DNA from: a virus
Lineage: Duplodnaviria > Caudoviricetes
IMG/VR virus record: IMGVR_UViG_3300037461_000505
Span: 1 to 43,506 of that record
Reading direction: 5' to 3' (one strand)
Length of the DNA stretch: 43,506 bases
Part shown: one piece after another, positions 1-8,655 of the stretch
How positions within the stretch are numbered: the stretch's first letter is position 1
Layout: every line of letters starts with the position of its first letter
The notes under the pieces: model-generated
What the model was told of the DNA's origin: nothing
Databases searched by the model: none
What the model saw: the letters and a program-made list of their open reading frames with translations, nothing else
Program-made: the position numbers and the translations under genes

Positions 1-89
1 CAATAATTTTTCCTGATACAGGTGTAAGAACTGGATTCAAGGCAGCCTTGCAAGTAGTTCTTGATTCCATGAAAGAGAATGGATACTAA
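1..89 (+). CDS. 3' part of a small hypothetical protein that spans the circular junction (starts at 43410)
   Basis: The last base (g43506) plus ca(1-2) gives GCA. The frame stays open (AIIFPDTGVRTGFKAALQVVLDSMKENGY) to TAA at 87-89, just before the ATG at 93. Confidence 0.75.
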   Translation, partial: IIFPDTGVRTGFKAALQVVLDSMKENGY

Positions 90-92
90 CCT

Positions 93-941
93 ATGAAGCT
101 AACAGAACTCCTGAAAGCTAGCAACCTAAAGAAACCTAACCACAGTATTCTTCTCTATGGCCCACCAAAGACAGGTAAAACCCGCCTCGTAGGAACAGCA
201 GCTAAGATCAAAGAGCTAGATCGTATCTACTGGATTGACCTAGAGAATGGCTCTGAGACACTCTTGCATATGGGCCTAACAGAAGAAGAGATGGGAAAGA
301 TCGAGTTGATTCGTATCCCTGACACAAGAGAGACACCAAGAGGATGTGAGACAGTTCTTAAGATGTTCTCTTCAAAAGAGGATATTCGTATCTGCTCCCT
401 GCATGGTAAGGTTAATTGTGTAGAATGCAAGACAAACAAAGAGGAAGGAGAAACAATATTCAATCTACGAAAATGTACTCACAAAGATCTAGTAATCATT
501 GACAGCGGTAGCCAACTAGGAGACAGCAGCCTGGCTATGGCCTGCCTGGGAAAGAGTGGAGATTATAAGCCAGGCTGGGATGAGTATGGTCTAAGCAATA
601 AGTGGCTAGGAGATATCCTCTCAGTAATCCAGCAGGCTACTTTCACTAACTTCGTAGTCATCACCCATGAGATGATTATCGAAGAAGAAATAAACGGGAT
701 AAAGAGAGATAAGATTATCCCACTTATGGGAACCAGAGCATTCTGTGGTAAGGTAGCTAAGTATTTTGGGACTGTAGTTTATACAGAGTTGAAGCTAGGG
801 AAGCACGCAGCGGGTAGTAGCAGTACATACAAAGCGAATCACATAACTGGAAGTAGAGTAAATGTAAAGATTGAGAATGCTAAAGAGCCAACTATGAGAG
901 CAATTCTAATTGAAGGAGGAATTCTTAAAGAAGAAAATTAA
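93..941 (+). CDS. Sak4-like / AAA_24 P-loop ATPase (single-strand annealing recombinase)
   Basis: Walker A LLYGPPKTGKT, IDLENG, Walker B VIIDSGSQL, VVITHE. Lies between a PD-(D/E)XK exonuclease (41365) and an SSB-like gene, the usual Sak4 context. Confidence 0.8.
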   Translation: MKLTELLKASNLKKPNHSILLYGPPKTGKTRLVGTAAKIKELDRIYWIDLENGSETLLHMGLTEEEMGKIELIRIPDTRETPRGCETVLKMFSSKEDIRICSLHGKVNCVECKTNKEEGETIFNLRKCTHKDLVIIDSGSQLGDSSLAMACLGKSGDYKPGWDEYGLSNKWLGDILSVIQQATFTNFVVITHEMIIEEEINGIKRDKIIPLMGTRAFCGKVAKYFGTVVYTELKLGKHAAGSSSTYKANHITGSRVNVKIENAKEPTMRAILIEGGILKEEN

Positions 942-974
942 TACACACTTACACAGTAACGAATACACAGTTTT

Positions 975-1103
975 GAGATGATAGGTGTAGAGAGCGAAGA
1001 GAGCAAGCGTGCTAGGCCTGAACAAGGGGCGGCGCATAGCTGATTTAACAATATACTTAGGTAAAACATCAGCGCAATCGGACTAAAAACAGCCTATCAT
1101 CTC
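975..1103 (+). ncRNA. candidate structured RNA or cis element (multi-stem, closed by an 11-bp helix)
   Basis: GAGATGATAGG (975-985) is the exact reverse complement of CCTATCATCTC (1093-1103). Internal stems AGCA/TGCT, CCT/AGG and GCTGAT/ATCAGC. Sits in a 190-bp gap in a tightly packed operon. Strand is assumed from the flanking genes. Confidence 0.45.
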
Positions 1104-1132
1104 TACCAAATATATTATATAAAGGAAATACC

Positions 1133-1603
1133 ATGTCTGAGAATACCCTGCTTGACCTTGAAAACATGCTGGAAGAAACCCTTGATGCTATCCCGGATAT
1201 GCCGGATTATGTCACGCCCCCTGCAGGTGAGTACGTTCTGGAAGTCAAAGATAGTATCATCGACAAATACACGACAAAGAAGGAACCTGACGTTGAGAAG
1301 CAGCGCCTAAAGAATACCTACTCCATTGTTGAGACTATCTCTACGGCTACAAAAGAAGAGCCTGTCCCAGATGGTTCTCTCTTCACAGAAACCTTCATGG
1401 CTACTACTGATGGTCTTGGTTATTACAAGAAGCGTATTTGCTCCATCATGGGCGTAACAGATACTGCTGGAGTTTCTCTCTCTGATATGATGAATAGTGT
1501 AAAGGGTATGCAGTTCAATGCCCGCCTCACTATTAAGAAATCGAAGGGAGCGGATGGCACAGAGTATGAGAATGTGCAAATCCGAGTTGTTCCACAGAAG
1601 TAA
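1133..1603 (+). CDS. putative single-stranded DNA-binding protein (DUF669-like OB fold)
   Basis: PPAGEYVLEV near the N-terminus and GTEYENVQI at the C-terminus, typical of Sak4-associated SSBs. Strong RBS (AAGGAAA). Follows the ATPase. Confidence 0.6.
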   Translation: MSENTLLDLENMLEETLDAIPDMPDYVTPPAGEYVLEVKDSIIDKYTTKKEPDVEKQRLKNTYSIVETISTATKEEPVPDGSLFTETFMATTDGLGYYKKRICSIMGVTDTAGVSLSDMMNSVKGMQFNARLTIKKSKGADGTEYENVQIRVVPQK

Positions 1604-1617
1604 GATAGAGTAAAAAC

Positions 1618-1661
1618 TTAGGGCATTGTCCTTCACAAGATGGCAGTGCCCTAAAATTTTT
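1618..1661 (+). terminator. Rho-independent terminator after the SSB gene
   Basis: TTAGGGCATTGTC...GGCAGTGCCCTAA stem followed by AATTTTT. Confidence 0.65.
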
Positions 1662-1682
1662 GTTCTAAGAAAGAGAAGAAGC

Positions 1683-1940
1683 ATGGCCACGAAACCACAA
1701 GAAATAGCAAGGAAAGAAAACTGGATTATTTTTACTCTCAAGGGTACAGACTCTTTCGCTGCTTGGATTATTCTTACATTAAGAGATCTGAAACTTACGA
1801 ATAAAAGAAGCGAGAGATCAGAACTATTAGAGTTGGAGAATAACCTGAGAACTCTCCGCTCAACTGTTTACTTTATAATCTGTAATATCAAGAATCTCCA
1901 GAAGTTTAGAAAAGAGGAAAGAGAGAAGGAAAAGGCATGA
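1683..1940 (+). CDS. hypothetical basic protein
   Basis: ORF 1626..1940. The ATG at 1683 lies downstream of the terminator hairpin and is the likelier start. ATGA overlap with the next gene. Confidence 0.6.
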   Translation: MATKPQEIARKENWIIFTLKGTDSFAAWIILTLRDLKLTNKRSERSELLELENNLRTLRSTVYFIICNIKNLQKFRKEEREKEKA

Positions 1941-2338
1941 ACAGTAATCAAAACACTCTAAAAGAATTAAGAACTGTAAGCTTTCTTTATGATAATCTAA
2001 GAGAGCCCTTTCCTATACCAGTAGGTAGAATACATCTACTAGGAAAGGGGGAGATTGAAAGCAGAGATAATTATGACGATGATATGCTGCCTTCCTTGAA
2101 ATACTGTAGCCATAAAGACGAGATATTAAAAATAGTGAGGAACGCAACTGAACCTCTTACTGCTGACTATATAAAGCAAGAAGTAGGAATTTGCACAGAG
2201 ACTGCAAGAAGGGCACTAAGGAAATTAAGATCAGAGGGATTAGTATCGTCTAGGAAAGTTGAAACAATAAAAAAGGGACACCCCGCAATATTCTGGATCG
2301 CAGAAAGAAAGGTAAAAGAAAATGAAAATTCTCGTTAA
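1937..2338 (+). CDS. winged-helix/HTH DNA-binding protein, putative transcription regulator
   Basis: C-terminal ILKIVRNATEPLTADYIKQEVGICTETARRALRKLRSEGLV fits a wHTH pattern. Confidence 0.65.
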   Translation: MNSNQNTLKELRTVSFLYDNLREPFPIPVGRIHLLGKGEIESRDNYDDDMLPSLKYCSHKDEILKIVRNATEPLTADYIKQEVGICTETARRALRKLRSEGLVSSRKVETIKKGHPAIFWIAERKVKENENSR

Positions 2339-4631
2339 TTACCACAAAAGTGATCAGAGTCACTTAGGTATTCTCCAATACCATCTGCGTGCTAGAAACC
2401 TCCAAGCTGTTGCCACTAACCTAGAATTCTCAGCAGGAGAGCTAGTGGCCAAGGCACAGAATAGTAAGTGCGCTGCTATCCTACTGGCTAATCCTGATAC
2501 TCTACAACACTGTGTCCCAGGTACCAGGCCCTCTCTTGACCTCTACAGAGGAAGTCTCCTTAACTTCTCTGTCCCTACAATCGTCTGCAATACCCTCACA
2601 CACACGACAAGCATAGACCACGGCTCTTGGCTCTTAGGTAAGGACCTAGATAAGTTTCTAACACTGCAACAAGCATATAAGGTTCCATTCTCTTATTGCT
2701 TAGTGGAGACACAAGGAGCCTTTGAGGAGGCATACGAGGATCTCAAGGAGGCTGTCTGTATTAGCTATGACATTGAAACAAAGAACTTTCCAAGAGAGGA
2801 TGGAAAAGAGAATGAGGGTGAGCATACTCTTATTACTTGTGTTTCTTATACTGCTATCTCTAAAGATGGGACACTCAAAACCTTTGTGGTTCCTTTTATA
2901 GATTTCGGGCAGAACCATTACCTCTCCTCTATTGATTACGAGAATGCCCTTCAGTTCATGCGGGATGTCAATCATTTAGATATTCCAAAGGTAATGCATA
3001 ATGGTCTATATGACGCTCTCCACAGTATAGCCTACCACGCAGAACCTATCCATTGGACCCTTGATACAATGGCAATGGCTCACGCAGAGTTCTCCTCCCT
3101 CCCTAAAACATTGGACTTCGTAGCTTCTATCACACTTCCTGATTATATGCAGTGGAAGCCAGAAGCTGAGGCATCAGCTAAACAGAAAGATATACACGCT
3201 TACTGGAACTACAATGCGAAAGATACATGGTATACTGCAAGAATTCTTCTCCACTACCTTAGGAATCTGCCTGCTTATGCTCGCAGAAACTACGCTACTC
3301 TTTTTCCTCTTGTTTATCCCTCTCTCTATGGTGCTTATGAGGGGTTAAAGATTGACCAGGAGAAGAGGAAAGAGTTACGACAGAAGGCGCAGGAGAAAGT
3401 AGATAGCAGTCTCAAAGAACTTCGAGTAATGCTTGCTAACGAAAACTTCAATCCGGGAAGTTATAGACATGTGCAGCAATACGTCTATGATATCTTCGGA
3501 GCAGTTGATCCGCACATAGGACAGAAACGTGACCCTACAACAGGCAGAAGAACTCGCATGGTTAGAGGAACGGATGAAAAGAATCTGTCAGCAGTCGGAG
3601 AACAGCATCCTCTCCTCCTACGAGTTACCTCTGCTATTCTGGATTACAGAGGGGCACAAAAAGCTATTGGTACATACTTCGACTTTGACCAACTCAATGG
3701 AAGACTTCTATGGAGTCTTAATCCATTCGGGACAGATAGTGGAAGAATGTCCTGCTCCTCCTCTTCCTTCTGGTGTGGAACTCAGGTACAGAATATACCT
3801 TATTATGCAAAAGAAATGCTTGTCGCAGACGAGGGCTATACACTAGTAGAGTTTGACAACAGCCAGAGTGAAGCGAGATGTACCGCATACCTGGCACAGG
3901 ATGTTGCTCTTATAGAAGCACTAGAGAATCCTCTGCAGGATTTCTATCGCAGTCTTGGCACTCTCTTCTTTGGTATTCCTTATGGAGAAGTAACAACAGA
4001 ACTTAGAAATGCAGTTCTGAAGAGAATTGTGCATGGTACTAACTATGTCATGGGAGCGCAGACCTTCATTGATAATGCTGGAGTGAAGAAGCTCCTAGAG
4101 GGAGCGGCCTTACTTGGGATACATGTTACACTTGATAAGAAACCACCTCCAGGATATATAACACTCAAGGCTTTCGCTACTATGCTTTTAGAAAGCTATC
4201 ATAATCCTTTCTTCCGTGTAAGGGAGTGGTATAAGGAAGTAGTTCAGGAAGTATCCTCTACCCACATGCTAGTGTCTCCTCTGGGATATACGAGGAGATT
4301 CTTCGGAGACATAAACAAAGACCATAACCTGATGCGTAGTGCTGTAGCTCATGCCCCACAAAACTTGAGTGTGATGATTCTTAACAAGGGCTTGATGAAG
4401 TTCTGGAAAAGGGTGAAGAGTTCAGGAGGTAAAGTAAGATTCAAAGCGCAGATTCATGATAGTATCTTCGCTCAGATTCATAACTCGATCTTGCTAGAAA
4501 CAATCCCGTTAATTCAGCAAGACCTTTATAATCCCATTAAGGTTCATGGCAGGACTCTAGTAATTCCAGTAGATTACAAGCATGGACAGTCTTGGGGTAA
4601 GATGACAGAAGTTAAAACTAAGAGAGGATAA
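2322..4631 (+). CDS. polA: family A DNA polymerase with 3'-5' exonuclease and a degenerate N-terminal UDG-like domain
   Basis: ExoI YDIET, ExoII HNGLYD, ExoIII YNAKD. GTDSGRMS, motif A FDNSQSEAR, motif B RNAVLKRIVHGTNY, motif C QIHDS. Confidence 0.95.
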   Translation: MKILVNYHKSDQSHLGILQYHLRARNLQAVATNLEFSAGELVAKAQNSKCAAILLANPDTLQHCVPGTRPSLDLYRGSLLNFSVPTIVCNTLTHTTSIDHGSWLLGKDLDKFLTLQQAYKVPFSYCLVETQGAFEEAYEDLKEAVCISYDIETKNFPREDGKENEGEHTLITCVSYTAISKDGTLKTFVVPFIDFGQNHYLSSIDYENALQFMRDVNHLDIPKVMHNGLYDALHSIAYHAEPIHWTLDTMAMAHAEFSSLPKTLDFVASITLPDYMQWKPEAEASAKQKDIHAYWNYNAKDTWYTARILLHYLRNLPAYARRNYATLFPLVYPSLYGAYEGLKIDQEKRKELRQKAQEKVDSSLKELRVMLANENFNPGSYRHVQQYVYDIFGAVDPHIGQKRDPTTGRRTRMVRGTDEKNLSAVGEQHPLLLRVTSAILDYRGAQKAIGTYFDFDQLNGRLLWSLNPFGTDSGRMSCSSSSFWCGTQVQNIPYYAKEMLVADEGYTLVEFDNSQSEARCTAYLAQDVALIEALENPLQDFYRSLGTLFFGIPYGEVTTELRNAVLKRIVHGTNYVMGAQTFIDNAGVKKLLEGAALLGIHVTLDKKPPPGYITLKAFATMLLESYHNPFFRVREWYKEVVQEVSSTHMLVSPLGYTRRFFGDINKDHNLMRSAVAHAPQNLSVMILNKGLMKFWKRVKSSGGKVRFKAQIHDSIFAQIHNSILLETIPLIQQDLYNPIKVHGRTLVIPVDYKHGQSWGKMTEVKTKRG

Positions 4632-4686
4632 GGTGATGCTATGTGCAACATAAAAAATAAAGGAAGTAGAACTTCAGGAGAGTAAG

Positions 4687-5907
4687 ATGAGGTTCTTCGA
4701 TAATTACTTCAAATATGTAGGAGCAAGCGAAGCACCAGCAATTTATCATAGATGGTCAGCTATCTCTATGTTGGGAGCTTTACTATGTAGAAGCACATGG
4801 CTCCCATTTGGGCATGGTAAAATATACCCTAACCAATATCTTATGTTAATGGGTTCTCCAGGAACCAGAAAGGGGACAGCCATTGGAATTGCAGAGAATC
4901 TTCTCAGGGACTTAGGTTATACAAGATTCGCACCTGATAGGCTTTCAAAAGAGAGGTTCCTAATTGAACTTAAACCAAGAGATTTAGACACACTTGACGC
5001 AGATTTAGAATCCTTAGTAATAGATTCCCCAGCTGAAATTTATGTCATAGCAGATGAGTTCGCAGACTTCGTAGGACAAGGGGGTATGGAATTCATGACA
5101 ATGCTTACAAAGCTGTGGGATAATAAACAAAGATATGAGCACCCTAAGATACACGGAAAAAGTATCATCATTGACAGACCAACAGTAAATATTCTCGCAG
5201 GAAATACAGCACAAGGTTTAGCTCTTTCCATTCCAACAGAAGCCCTAGGTAATGGCTTTATGTCTAGGATTATCTTTATACACTCAGAGCCAACAGGAAG
5301 GAAGATAACATTCCCTATGGCTATAGGAGACCATGCAAATGAAACCTTACTGACACAGCTAAGAGAGATAGATGAAAATGTAAAAGGCCCTATGGATATC
5401 TCAGAGGAAGCTAGGGTTATCTTAGATAGGATGTACAAAGAGTATGGAGGAGTAGATGATCCTAGATTCAAACACTACGGCACACGCAGATTCACACACT
5501 TATTAAAGCTCTGTATTATTTTGGCAGCCTCAGATATACGCTTAGAGATAACAGCAGAGGATGCACTCAACGCTAATACGCTCTTATATTACACAGAACT
5601 AAGAATGCCCAAAGCCTTAGGAGAGTATGGTAAAAGCAAGTATTCTGATGTTAGTCATGATATCCTAGAAAGTCTTAGTTCAGCCGTTAAGCCTCTCACA
5701 ATGAATGAAATATTTAAGCTTGTTAGCAAAGACTTGACCAAGATCACAGAGCTGGCGGATATCTTAAAGAACTTATTAGCGGCAGAGAAGATTCAGATTG
5801 TTAATGTAAGAGGAAAGCAAGGATATATGACAAGAGTTAATGAGACTAAGAGATGGGACCCTTCCTTATTGAATGAAAGCTTTCTAACTGAAGAGGAGTT
5901 ATTTTGA
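4687..5907 (+). CDS. DUF3987-like AAA+ ATPase, putative replicative helicase (no primase domain visible)
   Basis: Walker A GSPGTRKGTA, Walker B IADEF, GFMSRIIF (arginine-finger region), C-terminal wHTH-like segment. Directly follows the polymerase. Confidence 0.7.
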   Translation: MRFFDNYFKYVGASEAPAIYHRWSAISMLGALLCRSTWLPFGHGKIYPNQYLMLMGSPGTRKGTAIGIAENLLRDLGYTRFAPDRLSKERFLIELKPRDLDTLDADLESLVIDSPAEIYVIADEFADFVGQGGMEFMTMLTKLWDNKQRYEHPKIHGKSIIIDRPTVNILAGNTAQGLALSIPTEALGNGFMSRIIFIHSEPTGRKITFPMAIGDHANETLLTQLREIDENVKGPMDISEEARVILDRMYKEYGGVDDPRFKHYGTRRFTHLLKLCIILAASDIRLEITAEDALNANTLLYYTELRMPKALGEYGKSKYSDVSHDILESLSSAVKPLTMNEIFKLVSKDLTKITELADILKNLLAAEKIQIVNVRGKQGYMTRVNETKRWDPSLLNESFLTEEELF

Positions 5908-5908
5908 T

Positions 5909-6265
5909 ATGAATGAGAAAGCAAGCAAAGCAACTGATCCTTGTGATTTAGAAAGACAAATACTAGATCCTAATATAGCCAAGAATGAGGCAGAGTGGTG
6001 GGCTGGGAGAAGAATACAAGAGCTAGAAGAAGAAGCTAAGAGAACAGAGCAATTCATAATCGCTAATGATATTTATATTAGTGAGCTTCGTGCTAGACTA
6101 AAACTTCTAGAGGCTTGTATAGCTGCTGATGATACGCTTATCAGCATACTCAAGAATGAATTAAAAGATATCAGTGAAGCGTTAAATGATCCACGTGTTG
6201 ATGTAACAATTACTATGGTTGATAAGATCAAAGAGTTACAAGGAGAAAGGAAGAAGCATGACTGA
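5909..6265 (+). CDS. hypothetical coiled-coil protein
   Basis: RBS GAGGAG, abuts the neighbouring genes, heptad-rich sequence. Confidence 0.65.
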   Translation: MNEKASKATDPCDLERQILDPNIAKNEAEWWAGRRIQELEEEAKRTEQFIIANDIYISELRARLKLLEACIAADDTLISILKNELKDISEALNDPRVDVTITMVDKIKELQGERKKHD

Positions 6266-6521
6266 GAAAGTAAGAGACTACCGAGAAGCACCAAGACCTA
6301 ATCACCCAGATGCTATGGATGCCAGTGAGCTTAAGAGGATAGAATTCACAGGCATCAGAAAGAACAATCTCGACCGCTCTGTGGAGTGTTGGCTTATGGG
6401 AGAGCTTAGATTCTATGTGTCAGAGATGGAATATGCCTTAGATCAAGATAGTTTTGCTAGGAAATATGAAGAGGTTTTTTCGTTGTATAAGGTTGAGCAA
6501 TTACCAATGAAAGGAAACTAA
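6258..6521 (+). CDS. hypothetical protein
   Basis: ORF 6219..6521. The ATG at 6258 follows AAGGAAG and overlaps the end of the upstream gene. Confidence 0.65.
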   Translation: MTEKVRDYREAPRPNHPDAMDASELKRIEFTGIRKNNLDRSVECWLMGELRFYVSEMEYALDQDSFARKYEEVFSLYKVEQLPMKGN

Positions 6522-6524
6522 GAA

Positions 6525-7262
6525 ATGAATGAAAACAACTATTCCCTGCTGAGCTACAATGAACTCCAACTTCTCATTGATGATGGGATTATTGCTAAAG
6601 CTAAGCCTGAGCATGTCAATAGTGCAAGCATTGATATCCAACTTGGTAAGACAATCTTAATTGAGAGGCCTGATCCATTCCTATATGTGAACGGAGAGTA
6701 CAGGAGAGTAAGCCTAAAGAATCGAGAGCAACTTAATATGATTCCTTGGGACTTGGAGCGAGAAGGACCTTATATTATGAGCCCAGGAGAATTCATCTTA
6801 GCTCATAGTGTAGAGGTCTTCCACCTTCCTAATAACATCAGTGCAGAGTACAAACTCAAGAGCAGTATGGCTAGAATTGGCTTAGATCATCTCAATGCAG
6901 GATGGTGTGATGCAGGATGGCATGGCTCAGTTCTTACATTAGAACTCAAAAATCAAAATAGGAGCCATGAAATTATCTTGGAGAGTGGAATTCTTATTGG
7001 ACAGGTTATCTTCTTCTTGCATAATGAAGTACCTACAGGGAAGGATTACTCTACAAGAGGTAGGTACAATAATGACAAGAGTGTGAGTGGCTCTAAGGCG
7101 AAGGATAGAAGTATTATCTTTGGGGATAAAATAGAAGATAGCCTTCAAGAAGAGTATGATGAACAGCATCCAGCAGGGGAAACTTTGGAAGATGAACCTA
7201 AGAGGATCCTTGATATCTCTGAGGTGCGTCTTATGATTGAATCCCTTAATAATGATAGGTAA
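6525..7262 (+). CDS. dcd: dCTP deaminase (trimeric dUTPase superfamily) with an acidic C-terminal extension
   Basis: NSASIDIQLG, PGEFILAHSVE, KSSMARIGL, AGWCDAGWHG, LTLELKN, IGQVIF, GRY motifs. Confidence 0.88.
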   Translation: MNENNYSLLSYNELQLLIDDGIIAKAKPEHVNSASIDIQLGKTILIERPDPFLYVNGEYRRVSLKNREQLNMIPWDLEREGPYIMSPGEFILAHSVEVFHLPNNISAEYKLKSSMARIGLDHLNAGWCDAGWHGSVLTLELKNQNRSHEIILESGILIGQVIFFLHNEVPTGKDYSTRGRYNNDKSVSGSKAKDRSIIFGDKIEDSLQEEYDEQHPAGETLEDEPKRILDISEVRLMIESLNNDR

Positions 7263-7269
7263 TAAGAGA

Positions 7270-7815
7270 ATGCGAAATACAATTGATGTAATGATTGATC
7301 TTGAAACAGTAGGGAAGATGGCAGGCTGTGGAATTCTTAGTATTGGAGCCTGCACTTTTGATGTTAAGAGCGTCTTCAACGAAAACATTTCCCAGATTTC
7401 TTGTCTGAATGCTGGTTTAGTGGAAGATCCTGAAACTCTTAGTTGGTGGAGTAAGCAGCCACGAGAGGTTCATAATGCAGCATTTAGTGGAGAGGTTTCT
7501 CTTATTAAAGTTCTAGGAGACTTCTCCGACTGGCTCAGGACTCTCGGATATCCTAAAGATAAGGTATATGTCTGGGGAAATAGCGCTAAATTCGATCTTG
7601 GAATTCTTGAAGCAGCTTATGCCACAGTAGGAATTGACTATCCGATTGATTACAAGAATGAAAGATGCTACAGGACTCTCAAGAATCTTTACTATGACAT
7701 CAAAGCGGAGAAGTTTGAGGGGCAGAAACATAATGCTCTGCATGATGCAATTCATCAAGCTAGACACGCTTCAGCAATACTAAAGAAACACTTCTCCGTA
7801 ATTAAGGCTCTGTAA
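7270..7815 (+). CDS. DEDDh 3'-5' exonuclease (Rv2179c/DUF5051-like)
   Basis: VMIDLET, VWGNSAKFD, RCYRTL, HNALHDA. The ORF opens at 7237; the ATG at 7270 avoids overlap. Confidence 0.85.
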   Translation: MRNTIDVMIDLETVGKMAGCGILSIGACTFDVKSVFNENISQISCLNAGLVEDPETLSWWSKQPREVHNAAFSGEVSLIKVLGDFSDWLRTLGYPKDKVYVWGNSAKFDLGILEAAYATVGIDYPIDYKNERCYRTLKNLYYDIKAEKFEGQKHNALHDAIHQARHASAILKKHFSVIKAL

Positions 7816-7835
7816 TTAAGGCTTTGTAGAAAAAG

Positions 7836-7872
7836 AAAAACCTCCTAATCTTAATCGACTAGGAGGTTTTTT
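7836..7872. terminator. bidirectional Rho-independent terminator between the convergent arms
   Basis: AAAAACCTCCTA-N12-TAGGAGGTTTTT with A- and T-tracts on both sides, at the convergence point. Confidence 0.9.
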
Positions 7873-7886
7873 ATTGCCTCAAGAAA

Positions 7887-8174
7887 TCAGATAATACCCT
7901 CTACTGCAATCTTGATTTCTTCGAGATCAGCTGCGGTAGCACCCTGCCCGGCTGCGATCAATTCATCGATACGAGCTGTGAGGGCAGTAACAGCATCAGT
8001 AACCTGCTGCTTCTCGGCTGCAATAGTTTCAAGAACTTCTTCTTTTGTTGCCATTATTAGATCTCCTAGGTTAGCTTCTATATTAGACAGCAATTTTACT
8101 AGTACTGTATCCACGCTGTCTAAATGGATATGTACTTCCTTCATTGTTATATTAACCCTCATTAGAATTCCCAA
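7887..8174 (-). CDS. hypothetical helical protein (possible internal start at MATKEEV)
   Basis: Last ORF of the late arm. Ala/Glu-rich amphipathic C-terminal half. Confidence 0.65.
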   Translation of the reverse strand: MGILMRVNITMKEVHIHLDSVDTVLVKLLSNIEANLGDLIMATKEEVLETIAAEKQQVTDAVTALTARIDELIAAGQGATAADLEEIKIAVEGII

Positions 8175-8380
8175 CCTGCATAATGATGAACAGCTGGTTC
8201 TAGTAATTGCACAGTAATAGTTTTATCGTCAGTCATATCATGTAGGATCTCACCATCTGTAGTCCATTTGTCAGGAACAAGACAATCAAATACATATTTA
8301 TCTGATACTGGTAAAAGATAATAATAACTAATATCTGGAATAATCTCATCCACAGCAGGAATATAAATAACCCGTCTCAT
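8162..8380 (-). CDS. hypothetical protein
   Basis: RBS AAGGAG, overlaps the upstream stop. Confidence 0.6.
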   Translation of the reverse strand: MRRVIYIPAVDEIIPDISYYYLLPVSDKYVFDCLVPDKWTTDGEILHDMTDDKTITVQLLEPAVHHYAGWEF

Positions 8381-8655
8381 TTTACTTTCTCCTTCTGTGG
8401 TTTAGTTATGGGTTTGCCTTCTTTAATTAATTCAGCAGAAGTTTTTATAGTTTCTCCAGCTTTTGTATAAGTCACAGTACCATCTGATTTAACTTCCTTC
8501 AACTTCTCCTGGATTCCAGGCAGAAAGGTTGCTGGAATGGTGTTGTCGATCCAGTAATCTACTTTCAGTTTAGTGCCATCCTTTCCACGAAAGATTGCTT
8601 TTTGCGGTACTGCACAATGATTTTGTAACGTTGCTAGAATATTAATTTGACTCAT
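8377..8655 (-). CDS. hypothetical protein (possible tail fibre-associated factor)
   Basis: ATGA overlap with the fibre gene stop. Confidence 0.6.
   Translation of the reverse strand: MSQINILATLQNHCAVPQKAIFRGKDGTKLKVDYWIDNTIPATFLPGIQEKLKEVKSDGTVTYTKAGETIKTSAELIKEGKPITKPQKEKVK

Noticed and set aside
975-1103. tRNA, hammerhead or Y-RNA identity for the structured intergenic element
   Set aside because: No GTTCRA T-loop or acceptor geometry and no CUGANGA/GAAA core. The minus-strand GGCTG...GTCCGA similarity to Y RNA is too short and interrupted.
2322-4631. Intron or intein in the polymerase (also checked terL and the helicases)
   Set aside because: ORFs are continuous, of normal length, and lack intein splice motifs.
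7801-7828. Tandem repeat ATTAAGGCTCTGTA / ATTAAGGCTTTGTA
   Set aside because: A two-copy duplication at a gene end next to the terminator; no evidence of function.
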